64,000 bases of DNA, from positions 9,122 through 73,121 of the forward strand of contig JAUCBJ010002739.1 in assembly GCA_032718475.1 (NCBI GenBank). The letters run 5' to 3'. The stretch is from Nemertoderma westbladi (taxonomy: Eukaryota; Animalia; Xenacoelomorpha). Numbering within the stretch: position 1 is the stretch's first letter; each line of letters starts with the position of its first letter. The notes below the pieces were generated by a model. That model was not told the origin of the DNA, did no database searches, and saw nothing but the letters and a program-made list of their open reading frames with translations. The translations under genes were made by a program, and so were the position numbers. This document shows, one piece after another, positions 13,775 through 25,938 of this stretch.

Positions 13775-14636
13775 GTTGCACTGCTGCATACAACTGCACA
13801 CTGCTGCACACGGATCTGCCGACCGTCACTGAATTTAATCATATATAAGGAGGATAGCAACTGACACATGTAGGGCTTATGAAATAGCATTGACACACAC
13901 TAAAACCACTGTAATGTAAGTCGCAATTGCTACCAGTAACCGGTCTCTCTAACCTTTGTTAATCAAGAAGATTGGGGTTTTATGATTATTTATCGATATT
14001 CTCCAAATATAACACATATCCATCAACAGTTAACAATTAATAACCGACAGTAAATAGCAGTAAAATAATGCGGTGAAATTGGTGCAGACAGTTTGTTTGT
14101 GACCAATTTGTTGTAGTTTGTTCAGTTTGCAGTTTCATCAGTTGGTAGGTGCAGGTAATAGATTTACGTTTTTATAATCAAAGCCGTCTAATGTTGGCCA
14201 AAGTCTGAAACTTCCAACACAGAAGTACAGAATCATTTCTAAGCAGTTGTTCTCGCTCAGAAAGGTAAACAAAGACCGTCATGCATTGCGCGATTTCCCG
14301 TAGGCTTCTGTGCAAAATAAAATGAAAATCGCTCTGATTGGTCGAGTGAGCCGAACAAAGAAAGTTAAGAAAGCTCCACATCGACATCAAATCAGCTGAC
14401 AGATTTCGTCATCTGAACTACACTGTATTAAGAGTATTTGGCGTATTGCGGCATAAAATGGCTTGTTATGTCCTTTAAAACACCTACAGAGTACATTGCG
14501 GAGAAAATGGCTTGTTATGTCCGCTAAAACACCTACAGAGTACATTGCGGAGAAAATGGCTTGTTATGTCCGCTAAAACAACTAAACAGTTCATTGCGGA
14601 GAAAAATGACTGGTTATATCCGCAAAAGCTTTTACA
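13775..14636 (-). mobile_element. BEL 5' LTR with its 3' end and primer-site region deleted
   Basis: Begins TGTAAAAGCTTTTGCGG at 14636 and closely matches solo LTR 45813-46510. It has ~47-bp tandem repeats at 14440-14620. The part equivalent to 1814-~2200 is absent, so the left boundary is approximate. Confidence 0.8.
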
Positions 14637-16522
14637 ATATAGATGTTCAATAAATATGGACTTTACGATATATGTTCAATAAAGATGGACTTTACGATAT
14701 AGATGTTCAATAAAGATGGACTTTACGATATAGATGTTCAATAAATATGGACTTTACGATAGATGTTCAATAAATATGGACTTTACGATAGATGTTCAAT
14801 AAATATGGACTTTACGATAGATGTTCAATAAATATGGACTTTACGATAGATGTTCAATAAATATGGACTTTACGATAGATGTTCAATAAAGATGGACTTT
14901 ACGATAGATGTTCAATAAAGGTGGACTTTACGATAGATGTTCAATAAAGATGGACTTTACGATATAGATGTTCAATAAATATGGACTTTACGATAAATAT
15001 TCAATAAAGATGGACTTTATGATAGATGTTCAATAAATATGGTCTTTACGATAGATGTTCAATAAAGATGGACTTTACGATAGATGTTCAATAAATATGG
15101 ACTTTACGATAGATGTTCAATAAAGATGGACTTTATGATAGATGTTCAATAAATATGGACTTTACGATAGATGTTCAATAAAGATGGACTTTACGATATA
15201 GATGTTCAATAAATATGGACTTTACGATAGATGTTCAATAAAGATGGACTTTATGATAGATGTTCAATAAATATGGACTTTACGATTGATGTTCAATAAA
15301 GATGGACTTTATGATAGATGTTCAATAAATATGGAATTTACGATAGATGTTCAATAAAGATGGACTTTATGATAGATGTTCAATAAAGATGGACTTTATG
15401 ATAGATGTTCAATAAAGATGGACTTTATAATAGATGTTCAATAAATATGGACTTTACGATAGATGTTCAATAAAGATGGACTTTACGATATAGATGTTCA
15501 ATAAAGATGGACTTTACGATATAGATGTTCAATAAAGATAGACTTTACGATATAGATGTTCAATAAATATGAACTTTACGATATAGATGTTCAATAAAGA
15601 TGGACTTTACGATATAGATGTTCAATAAAGATGGACTTTACTATATAGATGTTCAATAAAGATGGACTTTACGATATAGATGTTCAATAAAGATGGACTT
15701 TACGATATAGATGTTCAATAAATATGAACTTTACGATATAGATGTTCAATAAAGATGGACTTTACGATATAGATGTTCAATAAAGATGGACTTTACGATA
15801 TAGATGTTCAATAAAGATGGACTTTACGATATAGATGTTCAATAAATATGAACTTTACGATATAGATGTTCAATAAAGATGGACTTTACGATATAGATGT
15901 TCAATAAAGATGGACTTTACGATATAGATGTTCAATAAAGATGGACTTTACGATATAGATGTTCAATAAAGATGGACTTTACGATATAGATGTTCAATAA
16001 AGATGGACTTTACGATATAGATGTTCAATAAATATGAACTTTACGATATAGATGTTCAATAAAGATGGAATTTTACGATAGATGTTCAATAAAGATGGAC
16101 TTTATGATAGATGTTCAATAAATATGGACTTTACGATAGATGTTCAATAAAGATGGACTTTACGATATAGATGTTCAATAAAGATGGACTTTACGATATA
16201 GATGTTCAATAAATATGAACTTTACGATATAGATATTCAATAAGATGGACTTTACGATACAGATGTTCAATAAATATGAACTTTACGATATAGATGTTCA
16301 ATAAAGATGGACTTTACGATATAGATGTTCAATAAATATGGACTTTACGATATACAGTAGATGTTCAATAAATATGAACTTTACGATATAGATGTTCAAT
16401 AAAGATGGACTTTACGATATAGATGTTCAATAAATATGGACTTTACGATAGATGTTCAATAAAGAAGGACTTTACGATATAGATGTTCCATAAAGATGGA
16501 ATTTTACGATAGATGTTCAATA
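14637..16522. repeat. Minisatellite, 28/30-bp unit (TAGATGTTCAATAAAGATGGACTTTACGA[TA]), about 60 copies
   Basis: Direct head-to-tail repeats with no spacers, starting immediately at the BEL LTR end. Confidence 0.97.
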
Positions 16523-16704
16523 ATTAGATCGATAGATTATTTATTATAATATAATATAAAATATCAATCTATAAAGTAGTTGTTAAAACGTAAAGTTTGT
16601 TTATGAGGAGAAAAGTGTGAAATGGGATGATAACAAAATTTTAATTTAAGTTAAAAATAAGTCTAAAATTAAAAATTAAAAAAACTGTTGCAAATTAAAT
16701 ACTA

Positions 16705-17255
16705 TTACACAGACCACCATGATGGGGTAAACTTGAGTGGGAAATCTTTATAGTGGGAGTTTAAACGGGTTTTAAAAGAGTTAAGGTTGGGGGTGGTCAC
16801 AACATCATCGGATAGCGAGTTCCAGGGATCTATAACTCGAAAGTGAAATGTTGAGTTCATCTGCAGCAGCCGAGCACGGGGTTTCTGGAGCTTGAATGAG
16901 TGGCCGCGTAGGCCAGTCGTACAAAGTTCAAACATGCTGCAGTTCGGTTTGTCGATACCGGTAAGACACCTGGATCAGGTAGGCGCGAAAACGGCGATAT
17001 TCAAGGGTCGGGAGACCGAGCCGTTTCAATCTAGTCGGGTATGGTAGATTGCAAATATCTGGTAAAAGTCGAGTCGCACGGCGTTGGACAGATTCTAGAA
17101 GTCGAATTTTGCTAATGCGGTAAGGTGACAAAATGTAGAGGCGTACTCCAAGATCGGTCTCACAAGGGCTTTGTAGCGGTTAATTAATGTATTCCCGTCC
17201 AGATGTTTAAAGGTGCGAGCAATCAGACCTGTAACTCCGTTGGCTTTCTTTGCGA
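16705..17255 (-). mobile_element. 3' fragment of a CR1-like non-LTR retrotransposon
   Basis: Motifs KKANGVTGLIARTF, LVRPILEYAS, LESVQRRATRL, LGLPTLEYRR, LRGHSFKL, WNSL and FKTRL match the CR1-group ORF2 C-terminus; frameshifted. Confidence 0.85.
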
Positions 17256-17469
17256 TGGTAGTATGTGTAGATGATGGTAGATGATGGATAGGTGATGGTA
17301 GATGTGTGTTCCGAAAGTAAGGGTGTTTTGGAAGGTCACCCCTAAGTCTTTCTCCCAGCTCGACACCGATAGCACCGATAAATGATATATGAAGCTCAGT
17401 ACTCATGATATCATCATTCATGATGTAAGTAATTCAACTGCATCGCTTATGGTTCATGGACATTAACCA

Positions 17470-18035
17470 AAGCAGAGTATAATTACTCAAACATAGACAG
17501 AGAAGCATTGGGTATCATGTTTGGAATTGGAAAATTCCAATCCTATTTGTGGGGTCGACGTTCTGTGTTAGTGACTGACCACAAATCTCTACTGACCATT
17601 TTTGGTAGCCAAAAGGGTCTCCCAGAACTCGTGTCTCAACGTCTTCACCGATATGCAATACGCTTATCTGCATTTAACTACACAGTGAAATATCGCAAGA
17701 GTTCACTTTACGGTAACGCCAATGCTTTAAGTCGAGCTCCAACACAATCTGAAACATCAAAGTGGGAGACAATAAATATGGTGATAGACGAAGAAGGTCC
17801 AATTAATATTGATGAAATTAAAGCAGAAACAAGGAAAGGTGAGGAGCTACGCTCTGTTATTGATATGATAAGACAGTATGTTGATATTCAACCTTCGGGG
17901 ATGTTGAAACCATTTTGGCAGAAGAGATTCGCATTCTCTGTTGAAGAGGACGTTTTATTTATGGCTAGCCGGGTAGTTTTGCCAAAGTCACTTAGTAGAA
18001 GGTATTTAGATGAATTACATCGCTTACATCAAGGA
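17470..18035 (+). mobile_element. Ty3/Gypsy pol fragment (RNase H to start of the integrase zinc finger)
   Basis: Motifs YSNIDREALGIMFG, LVTDHKSL, RLHRYAIRL, NANALSR, RVVLP and LDELHRLHQG. Confidence 0.85.
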
Positions 18036-18156
18036 TCTTCTTGGGCTCCTTGTATAAATACATACAAATCAGAGCACACACTCATCCTACTTGAGTGTGT
18101 GCTCTGATTTGTGTATGTATTTATGTGCTTTGGCCATTATATAAGGTACATTTATT

Positions 18157-18706
18157 TTATATTAGGTCACCCTTGTGACTGGTGAAATTTAAACTAGATA
18201 ATGTTGGAGCTGGCTCCAGCATAGCTAGTCTCTGGACAGGTCTATCCAGAATCGATCCAATGGATGTTTTCACTGTTACAGTTCTGATAAGATCATTTTT
18301 ATCACTTTTAGTTGCCATGACAACAGCTGACAACCAATGTCGATTGGGGAATATTTTCACCTTGGAGGAGAATTAAGTCTCCTACTTTTAAATTTAATTG
18401 TTCCATCCGCCACTTAGGCGCTAAAGATATTTTTCTTAAATATCCTTCGGACCAGTGGTCCCAAAAGCGATCACTAACTAACATATTGTGAGCGCTGCGG
18501 ACTTACAACTAAATGATAACTTGTCATCATTCAGTTCGTGTGGAACTGGCACAAATGATTTATAACCAAGGATGTGCGCAGGGGTGATAACCTGGGACTG
18601 ATGTAAATCGTTTGTGATCAGTTCAAGTGAGCGCGCATTGAGCATCCCCTCGATTTCGATGAGGACAGTTTGGAGTTGCTCATCGGTTAAATTTGAGGTG
18701 GGAGGG
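18157..18706 (-). mobile_element. Degenerate BEL integrase C-terminal fragment (second family), interrupted by the Gypsy element
   Basis: Motifs LTDEQLQTVLIEIEGMLNARSL, ITPAHIL, DLIRTVTVKT and RPVQRLAMLE. Confidence 0.8.
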
Positions 18707-21700
18707 TGTGGCAATAGCGACTATGGTACCAGTACCGGCACTATATACTTTCACTTTGATGACGACCGAGGGTCTGACTGCGTCTGTCATCTGTAGATAC
18801 GTAGGCTATCTGTACCGACTGTCCTGTCTACCGGTATTATGTTTGGACCTAGATCCGTGTAGCCCAGTAGGCTACCTTTATTCGATATATACATTATATA
18901 TTATTATACTTATCTGCTCCAGCATATGTTTCGACTTTACAACATTGCCTGCACGGCGTCCCGATAACAGGTATGCGGGACCGAGAGTAGATTCCAACAC
19001 TACAAATTTGTTTCCTACATATTTGATAATTTGGGCCCATGCCGCCTAAATCTAAAAGGAAGCAAAAACCCACGTCACCGCCCACGGCGGACAGCAGCGA
19101 CGGCGACGAAACTATAGAAGCCCGAGGCAGCAGTCACACTCCTATCCGGATGGACGACCTCGTGCGTATTCTCGCCCAACAACAGACTGCTATGGCTCAG
19201 CTGCTGGCGCAACAGCAGGAAGATGCCAACCGTCGCCAGGCGGCCGCGGACGACCGCATCGCTCAACTCCTCGCGGCTTTACAACCCGGCGTGGCGGCGG
19301 CCGCCGCACCGGGACCGCCGGCGACCCAACCCACATACGCGGGAGCCGCTACGAACCCAGCTCCACGACGCCGGGTTATCGACATCTCCGCCATGGAGAA
19401 GATCGACGCGGACGTCGACTTCTCCTCGTTCCGCCGGTGGAGACAGGCGTGGAGGGTCCACGCCCACCGGCAGCAGGTCGCCACGTTCCCCAGGGCAGAG
19501 CAGGTTTACGCTCTCGTCGCCGCCCTGGGCAGCGACCTCCAGGAGACCATCCGCGTCACCCTCCAGGTTGACATCGACTCGGACGAGACGACCCCGGAGG
19601 CGATCCTCGACACTCTCCAGGCCCACCTCAGCTCCAAACGGAGCATCGCGATCGACGCCATCAAGTTTCACAAGCGCCGCCAAGGTGGGAACGAGGGGTT
19701 CGACTCCTTCAGGGTGGCCCTGGAGGACCTGGCAGTGTCACGGACACCGCCGAACTCTGCGGCCACTGCCGGGACCGGCAGATCGTTACCCAAATCCTCG
19801 TGGGTGTGCGGTGCTCGGAGACCCGAACCGAGCTGCTCAAGGTGCTCCCGCAGCCAACCCTCGAGGACTGCGTGCGGATCGCGCAGAGTGTGGAGGCCAG
19901 CGAGAGGAACGACTCCATTCTGGCGAGCAGGAAACCGATCCACAAACTCTCCTCCTACAAACGCGAACGTTCGGTTTCCCGAACCCTGGCGGCCTCCCGC
20001 ACCCTGGCGGGTTCTCGCTACTCGTCCCCCGACCCTTCCCGTCGAACCAATGCATCCAACAGTTGCGGCAACTGTGGGCGAAACCACGACAAGGGGAAGG
20101 ACTGCCCCGCCAAGGGTATCACGTGCCACGCCTGCGGCAAGACGGGGCACTTCAAGTCGGTGTGCTGGTCCAAACCCGCACCCAAATCGTCGAAGGTTTC
20201 GACGATCTTCCGACAACGGAGCGTCCACAGCTCGGACAAAGACCGCACCAGCTGCGACCTAAACTACATCTCTGTCGATGTAACAAACTCGAGGAACAAC
20301 CGGTTTATGGGACGGGCCCGCCACTCCCCCCCGGATAGCAGAGCGGCTGCCTCTGTCCTCAACGAGAAACTCTTCCTTCAACTCGGGGGTCGCCATGCTG
20401 ACCTCCTCCCGCTACGGGAAGACGACAAGTTCGAGGCGGCGAACCGGCTCCCCATGGCGGCCGTGGGGCGGTTCCCGGTGGAGCTCGAATACTTCGGGGC
20501 GAAGGCAATCACCGAACTGGTTATCTCCCCAGAGTCCGACGGTTTAATCCTCTCCAAGAGGACCATCCAGGACCTCGGCATCCTCCCGCGGAACTTCCCG
20601 GCTCCCCTCCGCAGCCGAGGAACCGTCGCCTCCATCGCTCCATCCCCGGCGACCCGCTCCCGGGACGACTACCTCCGCGAGTTCGACGACGTCTTCGACG
20701 ACGACTCCGCCCCGCTCCCGATGATGCACGGCCCGCCCATGCACATCCTGCTGAAAGACGGGGCGACGCCGTTCCACGTCAACGGCGCGCGACCCATCCC
20801 GTTCGCGATGCGGGACGAGGTAAAGGGTCTCCTCGACAACCTGGAACGGAGGGAAGTCATCGCCCGGGTCGACGAGCCAACAGACTGGGCCCACCCGATG
20901 ACAGTGGCGAGAAAACCGGGGGGTAAACTGCGACTTTGCGTCGACCTCCGCCACTTAAACTCGCAGGTGCGACGTCCCTACTATCCCACCCCGAGTCCAC
21001 GGTCGGCGGTGGCCGGAGTTTCTTCCACCGCCCAGGTTTTCTCGGTGTTTGACGCCGCCAGTGGCTACTGGCAGGTTCCCCTGGACGAGGAGTCACAACT
21101 CCTCACAACCTTCGCGACTCCCTGGGGCCGGTACCGTCACACCCGCAGCGTCATGGGGCTCATCTCGTCCGGAGATGAGTTTAACCGGCGGGGCGACGAC
21201 GCACTCCAGGGACTCCCCAACCTCATCAAGGTTGTAGACGACGTGCTCCTCTACAACGACACCATGGAGGAGCACCTGGCCAACGTCGGCCGGTTCATGG
21301 AGCGGTGCCGGACCCACGGCATTACGCTGCACCCTGGGAAGGTGCAGTTCGCCCAGGCCGAGGTTCGGTTCGCTGGGTACCTCGTCGGCGCCTCCGGTAT
21401 CAAGGCCGACCCGGAGAAACTGAAGGCGATCGCCGCCTTCCCCCGCCCAGGGAACATCACTGACCTCCGCAGCTTCGTGGGACTCGTGGAGCAACTCGCT
21501 CCGTTCTCCGGCAACATCGCCGCCGCCATATCTCCGCTCCGCCCCCTCCTCAGTACGAAGGCGACCTTCACCTGGACGGGGGACCACGAACGGGCCTTCG
21601 AGGCCACTAAACTGGCGCTCACAACCCCACCGACCCTCGCCCCGTTCGACACGACCCGGGAGACCCGCCTCGTTACCGACGCCTCCCGGCTGAAGGGCCT

Positions 21701-23835
21701 CGGATACGCCCTCCTCCAGCGGTACGGGGAGGATTGGAGGCTGATCGAGTGCGGCTCGAGGTTCACCACCGACACGGAGTCCAGGTACGCCATGGTGGAA
21801 CTCGAGCTCCTCGCCGTCGTATGGGCCGTCCAGAAGTGCCGGCTGTATCTTCTCGGCCTCCCCCACTTCAACTTGATTGTCGACCACCAACCGCTCGTCA
21901 CAATCATTGACAAGTATACGGTGGACGCCACAGACAACACCCGCCTCCAACGCCTCAAGACTAAACTGGCCCCGTACCAGTTTACCACCACATGGACCAA
22001 GGGGAAGGACCACGCCATCGCCGATGCGTTGTCCCGCGCCCCGGTCAATGACCCCACACCCGATGACATCGTCGACGATGGGGACATGGCGACCTACATC
22101 AGGGCAGTCACCCGCCAGTCCGCCGCCGACATAACCGGCTCCGACTCCGCCCACCTCGCGGATCCCGTCCTCGAGGAACTCGCCCGAGTGGCTCGGGACG
22201 ACCCGGACTATAAAGCCCTACTCGCGGCCATTGAGTCGGGCTTCCCGGAATCCGGCCGGAAGGAACCGGCTGTCAACATATACTGGTCCGCCCGGGACCA
22301 GTTAACTACGGACGGGGACCTGGCCTTATTCGGCCACCGTATTGTGGTCCCCACAGGGTCCCGGAAATCCACCCTCGCACGCCTACACGCGGCACACCAG
22401 GGGGTGGAAAAAACGCTACGTCGCGCCCGGCAGTGTGTATACTGGCCGGGCATCACCAACGACATCCGGACATCCGTGGGCGCCTGCAGCGTGTGTCTGG
22501 CCTGTCGGTCAAGTCAGACCAAGGAACCATTTCTGACGGAGCCCCCACCAACTCGCCCGTTTGAAGATATCTCGGGAGATTTCTTCTCACTCGACGGGAA
22601 ACATTTCCTCGCCACCGCAGACAGATATTCCGGATGGCCGGAAATCTACAGTTTCTCCGCCCCACCCACCGCTGCCCGGACAACCACCGCCCTGCGTGAC
22701 TGGTTCGTCCGCTACGGGGTACCAACCCGCTTCCGGTCGGACGGCGGAACCCAGTTCACAGCAGCAGAGCTGACCAGCTTCCTAAAAGACTGGGGGGTCA
22801 CACCGGTCACATCGTCGCCAGAATACCCCCAGAGTAACGGGCACGCTGAATCAGCAGTGAAGGCCCTCAAGCGCCTACTGGAGAAGACTGGGGGGTCAAT
22901 GACCTCCGCCGCGTTTCAGGAGGGGCTCCTGGAACTCCGAAACAGCCCCAGGGAGAGCGGCTTCTCCCCAGCGGACATCGTGTTCGGCCATCCTATGAGG
23001 TCGCGCGTTCCGGCCCACCACAGCGCCTTCGCTCGGACACTCCAGGAGACCCGGACGGAGCTAGACCGAGTGGCGCCGGCATTAAAATCAACCAGGACCG
23101 CCCAATATAACCGCGGAGCGAAGGCCCTGGAACCACTCGCGGTGGGCACCAGGGTCCGGGTTCAACACCCGACCAATAAACGGTGGGAGCGCACCGGCAC
23201 CATCGTTGAGTCCGGTAAACACCGGAAGTATACTGTCCGGATGCCTTCCGGACGCACACTCATCCGGAACCGACGCCTACTTATTCCGGACACCGCCCTC
23301 CAGGAGACACCCACGGGCCTACCAACCCCGGACGTGACACCCACAGCCCCCAAACTCGTACGCTGGCGTGAACCCCTCATCGAAACTCAACAATTTGAGA
23401 AACTTTCAGTTTCCAAATACCCGAGGCGGGTACGTCAGCCACCCGACCGACTCTGACATGAATTTTGATGAACGAATTTTAGCTCGGCACCGCCTCAGAC
23501 GGCTAACCCGAGCTCGAAAGGGGGTGTGGCAATAGCGACTATGGTACCAGTACCGGCACTATATACTTTCACTTTGATGACGACCGAGAGTCTGACTGTG
23601 TCTGTCATCTGTAGATACTTAGGCTATCAGTACCGACTGTCCTATCTACCGGTACAGCAGTACTATGTTTGGACCTAGATCCGTGTAGCCCAGTAGGCTA
23701 CCTTTATTCGATATATACATTATATATTATTATACTTATCTGCCCGCTCCGGCATATGTTTCGACTTTACAACATTGCCTGCACGGCGTCCCGATAACAG
23801 GTATGCGGGACCGAGAGTAGATTCCCCCACATACA
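18707..23835 (+). mobile_element. Near full-length Ty3/Gypsy (Mag-like) LTR retrotransposon with 5-bp TSD GAGGG
   Basis: LTRs 18707-~19004 and 23525-23835 (TGTGGCAATAG...TACA). GAGGG at 18702-18706 and 23836-23840. PPT GAAAGGGGG precedes the 3' LTR. Confidence 0.95.
19039..23456 (+). pseudogene. Gypsy gag-pol with one frameshift near 19735
   Basis: Gag starts at ATG 19039 and continues in the frame of ORF 19800-23456. Two CCHC knuckles, degenerate protease PDSRA, RT motifs LRLCVDLR, GYWQ and VDD, RNase H motifs TDAS, ELE, DHQPL and ADALSR, integrase HHCC plus SDGGTQF and PQSNGHAE. Confidence 0.92.
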
Positions 23836-23840
23836 GAGGG

Positions 23841-23985
23841 GTAATTTTATTCATTGAGTGCTGGATTACCCCGATTTCCCTCTCCAAAATTCCACCTCGC
23901 CACTTTACAGATGGGGTATTGAATAACCAATCGATTTGGTGAAATTTAAGATGATCTTGGATCACCTGGTGGTTCCATGAATTAT
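23841..23985 (-). mobile_element. Upstream continuation of the interrupted BEL integrase core
   Basis: IDWLFNTPSVKWRGGILEREIG matches the BEL WxFxPxxxxWxGGxxER motif and joins 18706 once the Gypsy element is removed. Confidence 0.8.
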
Positions 23986-23995
23986 TGGGGTCAGA

Positions 23996-24204
23996 GTAAA
24001 ACGCGGATCCGGATCCGGATTCCACATTTAACATTGTCCCTACGGAAGTCGATTATTTTTACATTTTTATAACTCCCAAAAATAAAACTATAACCTGTTC
24101 TATTGACTTTAGTTTATTGTTTTGGTTAAAATAACGTGCCACTGTAACCTGCTCCTTTCCCTTAATTGATAATTTTGGAATCCGGATCCGGATCCGCGTT
24201 TTAC
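23996..24204. mobile_element. Small MITE with perfect 29-bp TIRs
   Basis: GTAAAACGCGGATCCGGATCCGGATTCCA (23996-24024) has its exact reverse complement at 24176-24204. Confidence 0.8.
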
Positions 24205-25938
24205 ACCTACCTGAATTATTGATGAAAGATTTATTTTTGTAATCCAATCAATTATATGTTCTAGTTGAATATTGTATTCGGCTAATTGTTTAAGGGTTTA
24301 TATTAATGAAAGATTTTTTCGTTTTTTTTTTACATACTGAAGCAATTTGTCTGGAGTCAAACATTTATTTTACTTATATAGTATTACATGTTGTATTTCT
24401 TTTACTTTTTTTTAACTGCGCTTAATGCGTAATGATTAATTTCGTGTCCCTTGGTTAATAGGAACCCGATGGAGTAGTGTCACTTTTTTTGGCACTCGTT
24501 CCGTTATTTACTTATTTTTGGTCCAATCCAAATTATAGCTTTACAGGTTTCAGCTACAGCGGATATTTTATATTTTTGTTGGCAAATTTATAATAATATT
24601 CTCAGCAGGAATTAATTTATTAGACCAGAAATTATATTCAGTTAAATTCATGTGCTATATATTCCAAGCCGTCAGATAGATAGCCTTAGATAATGTGCCG
24701 GTTATAATATTGTATTATAATGATTTCAATTAATCCTCTCCATCCGAGTGGCTCCCTGTAACAATATTATTATATTGGTTAAACTGTTTACTTAGGTGGA
24801 AAATGTATTAGGGAAAATGCTGTGTAGTAAAGGTAGCTTCCTATTGGTCGGCTGATATAACCTACATTAGCGCCTAAGGGTGTAGGGGCCTTGATATTGA
24901 TAAAGCGGCCCTGATATAATACAGTTGCGACATAATTATTAGTCCCAATTCACGGTGTTCAAAATTCACAATTTTGCTACTGTAATATTATTCTACCGGT
25001 TGTATAAGTTAAAGTTATATGATTATTTGATCACAATTATTTAAATTGTTAGTGATATATTTATACGTTGGTTTAGAGGTTATTTTGTCACCGGTATATT
25101 TTCATGAGTCTTTGTACTCCACCTTACCTTTCTTAGGAAGTTAGAAGCTTAGTTTTTTTCAAATGTTTCCTGGCAATCTGAAATACAGCAGGGCCTATAG
25201 TATTCCGTCCGAGTTTCAAATTACATTTTCCTTTAGCCTTTCGGGCCTTGACCTAAAAGGCGGTGAACTACCGGTTACTGCATACGGATTAAAACTCTTA
25301 GCGTCACGCCAAGGTCGGATTATGGCCGACCTTAGGTTGACTGGTTACTACGACGGATGACTGGAGAGGCACCTTATCATTAACGGGCGCGGGCGAGCCA
25401 TTCAATGCGAGATCGATGATGTGGGATGTGGGTGGATGCTCCACGGTCTACACTAGTCTATGGTGGCCCATCGGGCTCACTACTTTTTTAACGGAAAATA
25501 TATACTATATAGCCTATACTATACTGCTATATACTATATATTTGTAAAGGTCAAAATCAAGGTCTGGAGTACTGTCAATACGCTGTAGTACAATACAACA
25601 ATGCTGCAATAGCTAGAGAGCGGTGGCGGTTTCCGTGTTTGGTACCATACTGCCACACTGTGTATCGGTACCTAGCCTACCGGCTGACTGGCAAGTGGCA
25701 ACCAAGTGGTACCGCGTACGCGTACCGGTACACAAGTCAGCAAGTAGCTGACTCAAAGTCGAAAGTGCTAATCAGCCAATCACCAATAATCCTGTAATCT
25801 GACAATTCCTATTACCGGTACCTGGGTACTGTTTACTGTATTACATTCAGACAGTACCGGTACTAAATTCAGAAATTAGACCTACATCTTTTGCCTGGCT
25901 CTGTCCATAGACCATAACGCACGATTCTACCATTCACA

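Larger units (their letters stand above)
1814..14636 (-). mobile_element. Defective BEL/Pao LTR retrotransposon (5' LTR, leader, gag-pol, 3' UTR, LTR)
   Basis: LTR-like ends at 14636 and 3037-1814. Domain order is gag, protease, RT, RNase H, integrase. The ORF is broken by frameshifts, a stop codon and an integrase deletion. Confidence 0.92.

Noticed and set aside
14637-16522. CRISPR-like array (also considered for 30695-34427 and 55290-56200)
   Set aside because: Units are contiguous with no unique spacers, no cas genes are present and the context is eukaryotic. These are satellites.
18775-18790. Possible hammerhead ribozyme core in the Gypsy LTR (TTGATGA-CGACC-GAG-GGTC, ~18755-18780)
   Set aside because: It lacks the CUGANGA and GAAA consensus, and the stem is disrupted in the 3' LTR.
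19075-23380. Many antisense and alternative-frame ORFs over the Gypsy element (likewise over COPG and TULP4)
   Set aside because: These are expected shadow ORFs of GC-rich coding sequence and show no recognisable motifs.
25249-25270. Resemblance to an LSU rRNA motif (GACCTAAAAGGCGGTGAACTA)
   Set aside because: Only about 20 nt with mismatches, and the flanks do not continue as rRNA.
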